A stretch of 64,000 nucleotides of DNA from Octopus bimaculoides (Eukaryota): assembly GCF_001194135.2 (NCBI RefSeq), contig NC_068981.1, forward strand, positions 99,303,900-99,367,899, written 5' to 3'. The position numbers were made by a program, and so were the translations under genes. Positions 1 through 14,046 of the stretch are shown one piece after another (within the stretch, counting starts at the first letter, position 1; each line of letters starts with the position of its first letter). The notes beneath the pieces are model-generated. The model made no database searches. It had not been told where the DNA came from and was given only the letters and a program-made list of their open reading frames with translations.

Positions 1-677
1 TGGTGACTAACTGGTTGAGTCGTCACCGACTGGTGACTAAACTAAATTTTTCTTGGGGTTTCCTTGCTTTTATAACGATCTAGAAGGATAGATATATTAT
101 TGAGAACAATTGTTTTAGTTGGTGGTCTTGTTATCTCTATTCTAGCTTTTAGTGGAGTAGGGTTAGGGTTAGGGTTAGGAAGGGTCAAGTGGTCAAGACA
201 TTATTTCGGTCTAGCTAAAGGCATCTGGAAAATATAAAATCGCTGTCAGAGAAAAACCATTGTTCTACCATGGGAAAAGTTCTGTTGCAGTGTTAATTTA
301 AATTTAGCTATAGTGGATTGAATCCACTTCATGCATGCAAGATCCACTACATATATGTATGTGTGTGTACATGTTTGTCCCCCCAACTTCGCTTGACAAC
401 CGATGCTGGTGTGTTTATGTCCCCGTAACTTAGCAGTTCGGCAAAAAGAGACCGATAAAATAAGTACTAGGCTTACAAAGAATAAGTCCTGGGGTCGATT
501 TGCTTGACTAAAAGCGGTGCCCCAGCATGGCCGCAGTCAAATGACTGAAACAAGTAAAAGAGTATACTATGATATTGTATACTCACATGCTGAAAGTAAG
601 AGATTTGCAAATATTCTTTGGTAGGGTTCAGTATATACAAGTAATTTAGATTATGCCTTTTTTTTTCATATTTTCAG

Positions 678-838
678 CCTCTGGTAATGCATTTGGCTAG
701 TGTCAACTTGCGAATGAGTCTCCAGCAATCTTTGGTAGCTTCAACAATCAATGCAGCTAAAGCTCTGGGAAAGTCTACCACTCATGGAAGTTTAGTTCCT
801 GGAAAAGTTGCAAATTTAGTTCTGATAGAAGCATCAAG
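678..838 (+). CDS. AMDHD1: Imidazolonepropionase (amidohydrolase domain-containing 1), penultimate coding exon
   Basis: ttttcag|CCT...TCAAG|gtaag. Translates PLVMHLASVNLRMSLQQSLVASTINAAKALGKSTTHGSLVPGKVANLVLIEAS(R), matching the HutI/AMDHD1 C-terminal TINAA-ALG-THGSL-GK motif. 161 nt, ends in phase 2. Confidence 0.9.
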
Positions 839-1684
839 GTAAGAGCAAACTTTTGGTATTCAAGTGTAATGTTGATTAAATCAACACAAATAAACATTTC
901 CCATTCTTAACAAAGCATCACAAATGCCCAATTTGGTAAGATGCCAAGCTGAAGGCTCATTCATTCAAGTCAGGTGGCATTAGAGTTTTGACTGAGATAA
1001 CAAGGCTGTTGGACTGTCAGTTAAGAGTCGGTAATTTACATTCTTTTATCAGCACTGCACAATATCTGTGGCCAAGATATATATCGTGCTGACAGAAGCT
1101 ACACCTTGAGAACATGATAACTTTGCATGACACAATATCAATGTAAGATAAAGAAGTTTTCTATTTGCTTACTCATCTTTGGTTTAAATTTTTTGCCAGA
1201 TTAAATTGCTGTAGACCAGAGATGGGTAGCTTTTATTCATGTGTGAAATTTCATTCATATTCAAATAACAATCCATAAGGTAAAATAACTGTCCAATTCT
1301 AAAGAGTAAAAAGAAATTTAATTTAAGTTACATATCTTAATTTGTAAAATTCATTATTTTTCTCAGCAGAGATGGGCCTTCACAGATTCTTATGCTCTTT
1401 CAATTCACTTGTAGCAGAAAGTTTTTCCTTTATTGCTCTAGACAGACTACATTATGATGAAGTCTAAGTGGGTCCCTGCAACTCATCACAAGCAGTATTA
1501 TTATTCTTGAAGATATGCCAAAAACAATAGCCTAATGACTCATCTCATAGTTATGATTTCAATAAATTAACCAATGGAAACAGAGTTTAATACAGATAAA
1601 CCTGAGAGAATTTTTGTTTTTGCATCCTGCATTTTATACAATAAGGTAATATCTTGTCTAATCAATTCTCTTCTTTCCTTACAG

Positions 1685-1796
1685 ATGGGAACATTTGATC
1701 TATCAAATGGGCTGTTATACAGACTTGATAAAATATGTTATTGTTCATGGCAATGTTGTTGTAGATAAGCACAATTCAAACCATCCAAAATATTAA
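1685..1796 (+). CDS. AMDHD1: AMDHD1 last coding exon
   Basis: ttacag|A TGG GAA CAT...TAT TAA. Completes the Arg codon from the previous exon and reads WEHLIYQMGCYTDLIKYVIVHGNVVVDKHNSNHPKY*. AATAAA at 1941, 1976 and 2081. Confidence 0.9.
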
Positions 1797-2351
1797 TTAC
1801 ACTCACAACCATTTATTAGACAATGCAAGGAGACAACTATAGAAAACAACTTCACAGACATTTCCAAATATATGGAACAAGGAATCAATGCAGATTTTAA
1901 CAGATTTAGAATTACACCAAATGGCTGTTTATGTCCTTAAAATAAATCTTGCTTCTCAAATTAGTTAATAAGAATAATAAAGTTATCAAGCAAATTTGTC
2001 ATTGTCTTCACGTTCAAAATATTTGACTAAATGAAACTTATTAACCAAACATTTGTTTCCATAATTAAATTTAGCAAAAGAATAAATCAGTTCAGTTAAT
2101 GAAGTAATATGATTTAATAACAATTTCTTACAGGAGACTATGGACATACATTTTGGAGAAAAATGGAACAGTTGATTGAATTGACTTGAGTAATTGATTA
2201 ATACTTATATTAGCCCACCCTAGAGTATTGCTCTTGCAACTGGAACAGTTGCTGCTGTACCCACTGATATTCTAAACTGCATGCAGAAAGTGGCTACCCA
2301 ACTGATTAACATAGAGGCAATCACCAACAGACTCAATCTTTAGTCCACAGA

Positions 2352-2983
2352 TGTCTCCTCCCTCTCCCTTTTCTATTGCTACTATAATCACCTTTGCTCC
2401 TTGGAGTAGGCTAGACTCATACCACCTCCATTCAGGCTTCCTTGACTCACTTGTCTCTCCTCTTTTCATCACCCTTGTATCCAATCCTCTAAAGCTGGTC
2501 CTAATCACTATACCCAGTTCTTCCTTCCCAGAAGGACAACTCTCTCTGTTCATGTCTTTTCCACAGGTGTTGATGTACAAGGATTTGAGAGGAATAGTAA
2601 TAGCAACAAACCCACCAGTCTTGGAGGGTCTGCAAAGGTCCTAAGTATAGCCCTTTCCTTTAGACCCAACAATAAAAACTCAAGAAGGACAGAAAGCAAA
2701 ACCAGTTTTCACAGCATTTAAAGTCAAACTGCAAAGAGATGTAACACAAAGCATTTCGTCTAATTCTGTATTGATTCTACCATTCCATCAATCCAACATA
2801 ATTCAACAAATGCATTACATAAAGAGTTGTCCTTCTGGGAAGGAAAACTGGGTATAGTGATTAAGGCTAGCTTTGGAGGATTGGATACAAAGGTGATGAA
2901 AGGAGGAGAGACAAACGAGTCAGGGAAGCTCCAAGGAGCAAAGGCAATTATAGTAGCAATAGAGAAAGGAGAGGGAGGAGACA
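2352..2983. repeat. Inverted repeat pair (about 2352-2544 and 2821-2983) with a spacer of about 275 nt
   Basis: The ORF-track peptides at 2351(+) and 2984(-) are nearly the same (MSPPSPFSIATII.FAPWS...). By eye the arms are roughly 85% identical apart from one 30-nt indel. Confidence 0.9.
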
Positions 2984-5441
2984 ATTGAAAGGAACAGAAT
3001 ATTTTCTCTAAGTTATCAACATCTTCAAGAGCTTTGAAGTGTAACAGTCAAGTCTATGAACAAAATAACATTTCATATGAATATGTTAGGAATAAACTAA
3101 AATCCTGCTTTTGTGATTTCATTGTACCTTCATATTGACAAGATCCAGTGAGTCATAGGGTTGCATCATGCCCCATGTCAGCTTTGGCATGATTTCTGTA
3201 GCTGGATTCCTTTCCTAACACCAACTATTTTACAGTATATACTGGGCACTTTTTGCATGCTACCAGCACTAGTGAAGTCACCAAGTAACTTGCAAGACAG
3301 GAAAGAATGAGAAAAGGGGAAAGAAGAAAAGGAAAAAGCCCTTTCAACTAAATTGGGGAGGAGTATTTGAGAAGGTGGAGAAATGACATTTTACCAAGGT
3401 CAAGCATGGGTGTCTTGCTGTGGAGAAAATACACAATTACCCAGCATTTGTATAAGGAGTATTGTATAAAAAATATAATCTATCATCAAATGTAGTGGAT
3501 AACTGCATATTTCAGAGTATGATATCTGAAGCTTGAAAATATTTATCCATTGAAGTATGAAACTGGAACAACTATGGTTGTAATAATGTTTTGTTCATTT
3601 TTAAGGTTTCTCACACACTATTCTTAATCTTTCATTTTAAATAGACTCTACAATAAATGCTTCACATATTATTGGGGTAACAGAAGTATCAGTGTATTGA
3701 ATAAATATTTCAATGAATAACGAACTAATAAATCAGTTGTATGTTGGAGCAGTAAGTAGCAAGTTCAAAGTAGTAGGAAATTATATAGTTTTGTTTCTTT
3801 CCTCTGTTCTCTTTTTACCACAATGTTTTATGAGGTGCTGAATAAACATTTTTTTTCTGTAACTGGGAAAGCAAATTTTTTTCAGACTATTAAGGTTCAT
3901 AGGAGTAGAGCCCAACTCCAATTTCTAAAGAAATCTTAGAGACTTCTCCCAAAGATATGATGCTGGACTAATGCAGGTAGCTGACAATGAAACACATACT
4001 TATCCCTACTTAAATCACAAGTAGTGCTAATTTAGAAGGAGACAGAGATGTCAGTATGGAACATGGATGTTAGACAATGATGATGATGATAAGGACAATT
4101 GTTAACACAGCCTGTCCCAACTATTGTGGATTATGCAGCTTCTGGCACTCTGTGTGTGAAAAATTGCATACCTGAATCAGAGTTCCATCAAAAAGAAATC
4201 CAAAATAATCTACTGCCATCACAGACAAGCTTTTGTTGTGGGTCAATTCCAACTAACTGACCTGGAAAATAACATCATGAAAAAATAAAACCAGAGAACA
4301 AAGGAGTCACTAATGAAAGTTAATCTTGGCAGAGTTGCCAAACCCACATCTATAGTGATTTATGCAGTAGTACTTTTTGATTTCTAGCATATAACCTGGC
4401 ATACCTCATGGGAACCTTGCTTACTAGCAACCAATAGAAGTCAACTTTCAAGCTGGATATGAATAAGACTTCACATTATCACAGACTTGAGCCTATATGC
4501 TGATAAAACTGAGTAATGGCTATGAGATTAGAAAACTTAGGCAGGATGTAGCAATTTGACACCACTCTTTCCAAATGGATTTCTTCTCTCAAGTTATTCT
4601 CACTATGAAACATGTTTTAATAGAACAGAACATCAAAAGGCATTATCCCCTGAAATGACATATATTTATAACACTATTTACACTACACATAAATCAAATT
4701 TCTTGTACAAACGTGACTGTGTACATCATACTTTTGCTTCACATACATTTAAATAACCTAATTTTTATTGATATTGCATATGGGAAATTTATATTTGTCA
4801 ATGAATGACAAGATCATCACCATTATTTAATGTCTATTTTCTATGCTGGCAAGCTGGTGGGCTGCACCAGGCTTTCACACACAGAGTGCCAGAACCTGCA
4901 TAATCCACAGGAGTTGGGACAGGTTGTATCAACAATCATCCTTATCATCATCATCATTGTCTAACATCCATGTTACATACTGACATCTCTGTTTTGGTTT
5001 GGTTTCCATGGTTGGGTACCCTTCCTAATGTCAACAACTATACAGAGTGTACGGGGTGCTTTTTACATAGCACCAGCGAGGTTATCAAGTAACTTGCAAA
5101 ACAAAGACCTCTTAGTTGAGAGAGGGAGTAGAACTGAGAGAAGTGGCTGTGTGACAGGCAAGAGTTGACAGAGGGACAGAAATAATTGTCTTACTATAGA
5201 GGAGATACTTGGCTACTCCAGTAGGACAAGGAAAGAGAAAGCAAGTGGAGGATATATATATATATTTATATTTAAACTTATATTTATTATTATATTCTTA
5301 CATTTATTTTTTATATATATAATATAATTTTTTCTGCATTTTTATAACTTAAGGCAAAAAGTATGTGATATAAAAAATATATCTCCTTTTGAAAGCTTCG
5401 AATATTGATTTCCTAACTCCAACATAACTACATATGTTTTT

Positions 5442-5448
<7 letters not shown>

Positions 5449-5487
<39 letters not shown>

Positions 5488-5567
5488 NNNNNNNNNNNNN
5501 NNNNNNNNNNNNNNNNNNNNNNNNNNNNNNNNNNNNNNNNNNNNNNNNNNNNNNNNNNNNNNNNNNN

Positions 5568-5610
<43 letters not shown>
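5449..5610. repeat. (AT)n and (AG)n microsatellites flanking an N gap
   Basis: Read directly. Other arrays: (AAT)7 at 18048-18068, (AT)n at 45989-46047, mixed AT/AC at 53905-54030, (ATAG)n at 54451-54481. Confidence 0.95.
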
Positions 5611-5612
<2 letters not shown>

Positions 5613-5639
5613 CTCAGCCCTCTCTTGTTTATCATAGTC

Positions 5640-6060
5640 CTCTAGCCATAACCGAGAAATTTAAGATTGGTTGCCCATGAAAGCTCCTCTATGCTAATGA
5701 CCTTGTTCATATAGCTGAATCTCTACTAGAATTAGAAAAGAAATTTCAGGTATTGAAGCAAGGACTGGAATCAAAAGGTCTTGAAGTTAATTCAGCAAAA
5801 ACAAAAGTACTGATAAGTAGGAAAGCACACAAATTACTAATCCCTTCAGGGAAATTACCCTGCTCAATATGTAGAAATTCCATACAGGGTACCTAGTGCA
5901 GGTTATAGATACATAAGAGGTGCAGTGGAATTGCAGGAAGGTTAACAGAGAAAGTCATCTTTGTGTGTGGTAACTGTGCAGCTACGATAAACACTAAGAA
6001 TGTACAGGAAATAGATTTCCTCAAATGTTCAGTGGAATCCTTAAAAGTGGTAGATAGTTT
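5640..6060 (+). mobile_element. RTE-clade LINE reverse-transcriptase fragment
   Basis: Reads LLYANDLV.IAESL.ELEKKFQV.KQGLESKGL.VN.AKTKVL (a decayed YADD), followed by a Cys-rich C..C/HKRC segment. Confidence 0.75.
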
Positions 6061-6960
6061 CTGACAAACCATTCCCCTACAACTCCTCTTTCCAACACCT
6101 TCCCTTCTCACCCAACTCACCAATCATTGTAACTTCCTCTCCGCTACCTCCCACTCTCACTCACAAACCTACCTGCACACAATTTGTCCCAGTCAAATCT
6201 CTTCCCACAACATATCCTCCTAATACCCTTACCCGTTCCTACTCACTACATTCCCTTCGCCCTCCATCTCCAGAACTTACCCACCCACTCACCGTCTCCA
6301 ATCCCCAGTCAGTTTCACTATATACACCTCACTGTAACTTGAGTGTATGCCCCCCCCCCCCGCCACTGTCACATCTTCACCATCATTTCTCTTTCTCTCT
6401 CTCTCCCTACCTGAGGTAGTCATATTTCCCCACTATGGCAAGACTTCTTTTCAGATCTTCAATACTACTCCTCTTCTCATTTGAAGAGTTTTGTCTCACA
6501 AGTTACTTGGTGATTTCACTGCAGCTGGTACCATGTAAAAAAAAAAAACACCCAGTACACTTGGTAAAATGTTAGGAAAGGCATCCAGCTGTAGAAACCA
6601 TACCAAAGCAGAAAGCTGAACTTGGTGCAGTCTCCTGGTTTGTTGTCAGTTCCTGTCAAACTGTCCAGCATGGAAAATGAATGTTAAATGATGATTATGT
6701 AGATGATGATGATGATGATGATGATATCAAGTAGAAGGGTTCTTGACTAAATGCTTTAGAAAAATAAATACTATTTTAGTGATTCTATATGTACATTTGG
6801 GATAATTCTAAATAGGTTACATCTCTCGTCAAGCATAGAAAGCAAGAGTTTAAATGTTATGTACCACTAATCACAACCATAGATACACTTTTATCAGTGA
6901 GAGATTATTTTCTATATTTAGTATATAAGAAAGTAATAGAAAAAAAAAACCACTGGGGCC

Positions 6961-7014
6961 TCTAACTGACTATAAAAATCCTCTCAAAAGAGAGGATTTT
7001 TATAGTCAGTTAGA
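6961..7014. repeat. Perfect 54-bp hairpin (25-bp arms, AAAA loop)
   Basis: TCTAACTGACTATAAAAATCCTCTC-AAAA-GAGAGGATTTTTATAGTCAGTTAGA. Confidence 0.95.
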
Positions 7015-9964
7015 TGCTCCATACCTCTGATATGCAATGCTACAAACCTCTGATATCTTAAACTAAGTGCTTAAGATGATATATTAGAAGAAAACTCATA
7101 GCCAACGACATTAATGATAAAATGCATGATATATATTAAAAAAAAATGTAAAAATATGAAAATATGTATTCAGTGAAGGAAAAAGTGACACTATATTGTA
7201 AGTGGGGATACTGCAATAAAGATGTGATGAATAATAGTTATTTGTATACAAAAGATCCTGAACTGCTAATTGGTAACAGATGAGGAAGAGGTTGTGTAAT
7301 TAAAAGTGGTGACAAATAGTTCTTTATACAAGACAAAAAATGTATTAGCTTACTGTTGATAGATGGGGCCTGAGGTATATGGTAAAAATAGAGAAATGAA
7401 ATAGAACTTGTGAGAATAGCTGCTACAGAAGTAAAATGTAGAGACAACTGGACTGAAACAATTTGTAATCTATTTTCAGCTGGTTTACTGTCAGTCAACT
7501 AAAGCCTAAGTAATGTGCCGGTAGTCATGTGATTTATACTTCATCTTTTATTTGTTATAGCCACTGGACTGTGGCCATGCTGGAGTATTGCCTTGAAAGG
7601 TTTAGATGAACAAATTACTCTCAGTACTTAATTTTTTTTTATGAGTCACTTTTGCTAAACTGTTAAGTTATGGGGACGTAAACAAACAAACACTGGTTGT
7701 GAAGCAGTGGTGGAGGGAAAACACAAAGACACATACATATATTATACATGGGCTTTTTTTGGTTTCCATCAATCAAATCTACTCAAAAGGGTTTGGTTAG
7801 CCTGGAGCTATAGTAAGAAACACTTGCCTAAGGTGCCACATTGTGAGACTGAACCCAGAACCATGTGGTCGAGAAGCATACTTCTCACTTCAGAGCTAAA
7901 ATGCCTGCCAGAATCCTATTCCAACCAAAAAATTAATATCTCCCTCTTCTTCAGTTATAACAGTCATAACTGTTCTAACCTCAAAACACTTCTGACTTCA
8001 CTATTAATCATACAACTGCCTCATTCTCTCACTCTACCAAAGTTTATGAAATGAGGACAAAAAGCTACAAATAATCTCCTTCAGTAGTTAGTAAAAAGAA
8101 AAGTAATAGTAACATGCTCTACTGCTGACATCTCCAATCCATGAAAGTATGGAAAACAGATATTAATACAAGAAAGACAATGAAGATGACAATGGTTGTT
8201 GTGTATATTTTTTGGTTGTGGTGCAATTAGGAATGCAAGAAAAACAAAAGTAAATTATACGATTGTCTGTCAGAGAGGCATCATATAACAAGAACAAAGG
8301 AATGGGATGAAGTAATTAGGGGACACCCCTATTCAGCATTTCAGTAAAGTGTGAAGACCTTTACAAAAATGATAATTTTATATTTAATGTGAACAATGGG
8401 AACACATATAATGAAAATTATTGTATGGACTCTTCCAATGTATGTTTGAAATAAAAACACAGCAATGATAATAATATAAAAGATGATCTTCAGCATCTCA
8501 AAAAAAAATATCCCTCAGTCATTTATTTTGTTTTTTCTTCTCTTGGCTGAAATACCAGCTTAACACTGTATCTTTTTAAGATGATCTTGTATCTCTTTCT
8601 CAGGAGTTAGAACTGAGATATATAAAATTAAACACCCCATTCAGAAGCATATCTGTAACAGACTTGAATTCATGATTTATGACACAGTAGGTCAGTGTTT
8701 TATGCTTTCATCCGTTTTACTTCAACTTCAGTGTTGTACTGAATGTTACTTGGACCACTACTTTTATTGACAAGCATTCAGTTCAAGCTGTGACAATCTC
8801 ATCCTTTTGTTCTTGTTTTCCTGGCATATCATATCCAGTATATTCATTCATTTTAAACTGGAAGACCAAACGTTTTAAATACATTATGGCGTTAGTTCTA
8901 GCAAGTAGTGTTACCATATTGATACTCCTTCACTGGCTAAGGAATTCAACCCCACTTCCTTCTAGCAGACTCTGGAAATTTCAAGTAGCATCAAATTGAT
9001 CACCTTCCTTTGCACATCCTCAAACATTTTTAAATGATACATCCTTGATATCATTAACTACATAATTTTCTCTACAAATCAGTACGTGGATTAAGAATAC
9101 CGTGCTACACACAAACATTATACAAAAATTATAATTGTTTTAACTATATCAGCCTCCTTACTACCCTAATTATCAGATATCAGCGAAGCTTTTAATCCAT
9201 TACTCACTATTCATTTATATACAAAATACTAAACACTTCCTTCATAAACAACACTCAGCTTACCAGACTTACATTAATATACAAACACATCCAGAATTTT
9301 CAATTTCACAAATGGAGTACACAAAGATCCATCCTCTGACTCATATTTTTTAAACTACACCTGCATGAGTTTCATCCCTGAAAGAGCTTCTACATAGTCA
9401 CTCAAGTTGCTAGAACCACCCCACCACCAGCTAAGTTCTCCTCAAACCACACCATTCCATCTTTAGGAAGAGAACAGACACTATTTGGATGACAGTCTTG
9501 GATAAAGGATCTGAAAATAAGTTGGGATAATCACAACTGGAATGCTTTGGTCATAGGTCTGCTCAATCAGAGCTAACTTGTGGCTAAGCAAGTGGTGTAC
9601 AGAATCAGAATGGATTAAAAAAAATTTAATTAAAATAAACAAAAAAACGAAAGAAATCATAATTCTGAATTAATTTGTCATTCTAATGATAAAAATGACA
9701 TATTTAAATGAGCCTTGTCATCCAGTGACCAAATCTTACTTCATAACAGAATAGTAAAGAGTATCTTAGATTCTGAGATGAGCTGTTATGGAGACATTTT
9801 TCAGATTGCTAGGTAGTATATTGACACTGCTTTATTTAGTTCTATCTCCAATCATTAAAAAATGTTTCTTCCCAAATCATTGTTTTCCAACGCAATCATT
9901 TAGATCAATGATTCTCAACCATTTTTTTTCTTATGGACCTTGGCATAACTAGATGTGTACCCCA

Positions 9965-10400
9965 ACCCAACTTTGTTGCATCATAACTTCCAGAACAAAA
10001 CTTTCAAAAGATAACTGCTTAGATCCTGTAGATTGAGTGTATGTAATGATTTGTTGCCAAAAATGTTTCCGAGGGGTTGGGGAGAGGAGTTTCAAAAACT
10101 TCACACAACCCATTTTACCCCTCATAGCTTTCAGGTGTACCTCACAAAATTTGTTGCCTCATAACTTCCAGAAAAATGGATACTTTTTAACGAAACTTTC
10201 AAAAAATAAGCACTTAGATCCTGTAGATTGAGTGTATGTAATGATTTGTAGCCAAAACTTTTTCTGAGGGATTGGGGAGAGGAGTTTTGAAAAATTCACA
10301 CGTCCCAACATTTTCCCCCTCATAACTTTCAGGTGTAGACCATCGAGTTTGTTGCCTCATACCTTCCAGGAAAATGGATATCATTTAGTGAAATTTTATG
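9965..10400. repeat. Tandem duplication, unit about 195 bp, about 2.2 copies
   Basis: CTTAGATCCTGTAGATTGAGTGTATGTAATGATTT at 10019 and 10214. CATAACTTCCAG-like motifs recur at about 195-bp spacing. Confidence 0.8.
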
Positions 10401-13400
10401 CAAATACCTTTCAAATGATATAGATTATGATTACAAAGAAATTTATTGGCAAAATGTTTTACAAGGAGGCAGAGTTTCAGATCAGACGGCCCACATAAAC
10501 AGGAATTTCTCCATTATGATGGGGAATTTTTTCCAATTTTTTTTCACCAGTCTTCAAAGTGATGGGAGACATCTTTTCAAGAAGAAAAATAATAATTTTG
10601 AAAATTTATGTTTTTTTCACTCGCGCCATCTCCCTCACCACCTCAGTCCAGACTAATTTTGGTCATTTTTTTTTTCCACTACACACTTAAAACCCATGGG
10701 AGAAATATTTTCGGTTAAGAAAAAATTAATATTTTCAGAGGAAAATGTGTGATTTAAGGGAGATCTCAAGACCACCCTCCTTGTTTTTTTTCTCAAATAT
10801 GTATTGATGTTTTTCAATATTTTCCCCCATAAACACATTTATGCTGTAAAAAAATTTATCCCTGCTCCCGATTGTTTCTATTTATAATTCTAAAATATTG
10901 GAGAGCCTGAAAAGATTATTGCTGGGATTTATCCAGAGTGATTTATTTTGATAGCATAATTTTCTGTTAGAAAATGCTTTTTCCAGATATTTTCTGTTTG
11001 GTTGCCAGCGGCTGCCAACGTAAATTTTCAAATCAAACTGATTTCATATTCAGTTTAATCAATGGCAGACTGGCCAGGTTGCCAGCTTGCCCAATGGTAA
11101 GTGCCCCCCTGTGCCATTAGAATCCATATATGGGGGCCCAGTTAGTATCTAAGGGGCTCATCCCTTCAAGTTTAAGAATTTTTTATTCACTCCTGGAAGA
11201 ATGCATTATTTCAACCTGGCTGTGTTTACAGTCAGTTGAAAAGAATACTTTTAACAAAAAAACAAAAAAAAAAAAAACTAACCAAATGATAGCATTGTAA
11301 TTGCGGGTGGACCCCCTTAGTCTCCTGGCAACCAATAATTTTAGACCCAGTCCGCCACTGAGTGTAATGATACACTTTTATAGGCTAATTAATGATGTGA
11401 AAGTACTTTTCGCTATAAATCAATAAATAAAGAGTTATTAGTAATTAAAGTTAAAAAATTTTGGTAATTTTAGCCAATTGTATGCCACAAACATTCTTTA
11501 ATTTTTGGAGCTGTTGGCAACCAAACAGAAAAGATCCTTTTTTTCTTATACACACGGCTGGGGTGCGAGTAAAANNNNNNNNNNNNNNNNNNNNNNNNNN
11601 NNNNNNNNNNNNNNNNNNNNNNNNNNNNNNNNNNNNNNNNNNNNNNNNNNNNNNNNNNNNNNNNNNNNNNNNNNNNNNNNNNNNNNNNNNNNNNNNNNNN
11701 NNNNNNNNNNNNNNNNNNNNNNNNNNNNNNNNNNNNNNNNNNNNNNNNNNNNNNNNNNNNNNNNNNNNNNNNNNNNNNNNNNNNNNNNNNNNNNNNNNNN
11801 NNNNNNNNNNNNNNNNNNNNNNNNNNNNNNNNNNNNNNNNNNNNNNNNNNNNNNNNNNNNNNNNNNNNNNNNNNNNNNNNNNNNNNNNNNNNNNNNNNNN
11901 NNNNNNNNNNNNNNNNNNNNNNNNNNNNNNNNNNNNNNNNNNNNNNNNNNNNNNNNNNNNNNNNNNNNNNNNNNNNNNNNNNNNNNNNNNNNNACACATG
12001 TGTTGCCGCTCTGCAAAATGTCAGAAGTAATGGAGATTAAATACGCTTTACACCGCTTAAATTGCCAAAGGAGTAAGTGTAAATAGCTGAATACTTGTCA
12101 GTGATTGGTTGAAATTATCGAAATAAGACAATTTTTTACATGAAATAAATTCGAATACAAAAATTTTTTTCTGTTCTATAACACAAAATAGATAAGTATA
12201 CGAAGTTTGAAAGTCTTACGGTACCAAAAACATTACATAAAACATAAATGAAAACTGGTGCCCCCGTTTTGAACAGGATCCGAAAAACAGTTAGTTTTAA
12301 ATCTCTGAGCGAAATGTAGGACAAATAAATTTTAATTTAAAATTACGTCATATGTAAACAAACATAAGTTTGTTTTTGAAGCGTTGAAATGTATTATAGA
12401 ACAAGTAAAAAGATATATTTTTCAATGCGTAAATACTGACAGAACAGCATATTATATTTTATAAGGATTTTATCAATGACAAAAAGAAACAAACAATTGA
12501 AATATGTTTAATAACAGTTTCAATATGATATGCATGCAGAAAAATCTGTCTGGTGACACACGTTCTTTGCCCACTTCTGACAGCTAATAGCATGACAGTG
12601 CCAAATTAGCTGCTACTTTTAAGAGGTCGAGTGTTTTATTTTATCAGTCTAACAACTAGCACTGTTTTGGTGGCTGACGAAGATTTTTTCTTAAACAACA
12701 CAACAACGAACGACAAAAACAATTCTAAACGATTTAATATAACCAAACCTTCCCATTCTAAAAACAAACACAAAAATCACCACACAAAAATTACAAAAAA
12801 AAACAGGCGGAAAACCAAAATGGTATAACTACAGCTTGGTGCCCCCTTCTGACTTCATTTCCCCATAACTTTCTGAAAAATATATAGTTTTGAATAAAAA
12901 TTTTGTAGATTCACGTTTTCACGGGTACAGATAACTGTTACAATAACATTAAAAATATTTTTGGAGGGGTTTTGGATCAATCTCCCCACTACCCGTCGGC
13001 GTTCCTACAGAATATCTTTAAAATACATATTTTTAAATGACATTTCGTAGAGATATGTTTTTGAAAGTGTAGGTTATGTAATGTTGAATTTTCAAACTTT
13101 TAAAGCTTAAAAAAACTAGAAAAAAGACAACAAAAAAAGGCAGTTGTTACAGAAAGCACGAGGTGAGGAGAATGATCAGAAACTCCAAAAAATTTCTTAA
13201 TATTATGTCAACATACCCACTCGAAAATGCATCTCTGCAAAAAATATGCATCTTTCAGAAAATTATGAAGATGCAAACTAGATATCCAATCCTACTCATA
13301 GACCGTGTGGTCGTTGGGGCATTTGCTGATGACGTAACACCAGTTTTCGTCATTTCTCTCGGTTTTCTGCCACCCCGTGAGTCGGCGAAATTGACAGCTA

Positions 13401-13865
13401 TTCACTCTTTGTAGTTACAATCCCACAGTAAAACGTTATACCCAAATATCGTCGCTCTGTTACGTATAATGAAATCAAGTGATTTTTGTTCATAAATTTA
13501 TTTTTGTCATCATTACAAATTGCACAACATATCAAAACACTCGCTTCTTGATGGTATACCTTTTAACAGAAGCCACAGTTCCTACGTTAATAAAAGTAAC
13601 CTTGATTAAAGGCCAAAATACGTCTTAGAAATTACTGTCAAATATCCCACAAGTCACACCTGATCGACTGGGGGTAAAACACATTAGATAGCGTAGTTTC
13701 AGATACCTTATGCCTGAAAGAAAAAAAGTCGTCATGGTCGGAACAACTTTGACCATAGGTTTGCTGGACCAGGGATAAAAATCACACAACTAACAGCCTT
13801 TCTATGTAAAATGTAAACAAACTTGAACGGTAGTTTCTCTTTAACAATTAGTAAAGTTTATTTCA

Positions 13866-13980
13866 ATTGGCTAAGGCCTTCATGAGAAAGCCAATCAGAT
13901 CTTTTGTTATATATAACTATTCAGGTGCTTGTTCTAGCCTAGTATATAAGGCTGTTCCCCGGTTTCGTCTGCCTCTTCGA
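13866..13980 (+). promoter_or_regulatory. Putative AHCY core promoter (two CCAAT boxes plus TATA box)
   Basis: ATTGG 13866-13870, CCAAT 13891-13895, TATATAAG 13943-13950, and a pyrimidine patch CCTCTTC about 30 nt further on. The ATG lies about 100 nt after the TATA. Locally CpG-richer than the rest of the window. Confidence 0.5.
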
Positions 13981-14046
13981 ATTATAATCGTTTACTGGCA
14001 GCTACTGTCGTTTTGCTCGTCCTACCTTACACTTCATATCAACGGA

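Noticed and set aside
158-179. TTAGGG run as a telomere or chromosome-fusion relic
   Set aside because: Only about 3.5 units within an intron of AMDHD1; more likely part of a dispersed repeat.
11451-12086. Long ORFs in the track spanning N runs (also 14303-14992 and 53880-54520)
   Set aside because: These are artefacts of X codons in gaps and of microsatellites, with no coding signal.
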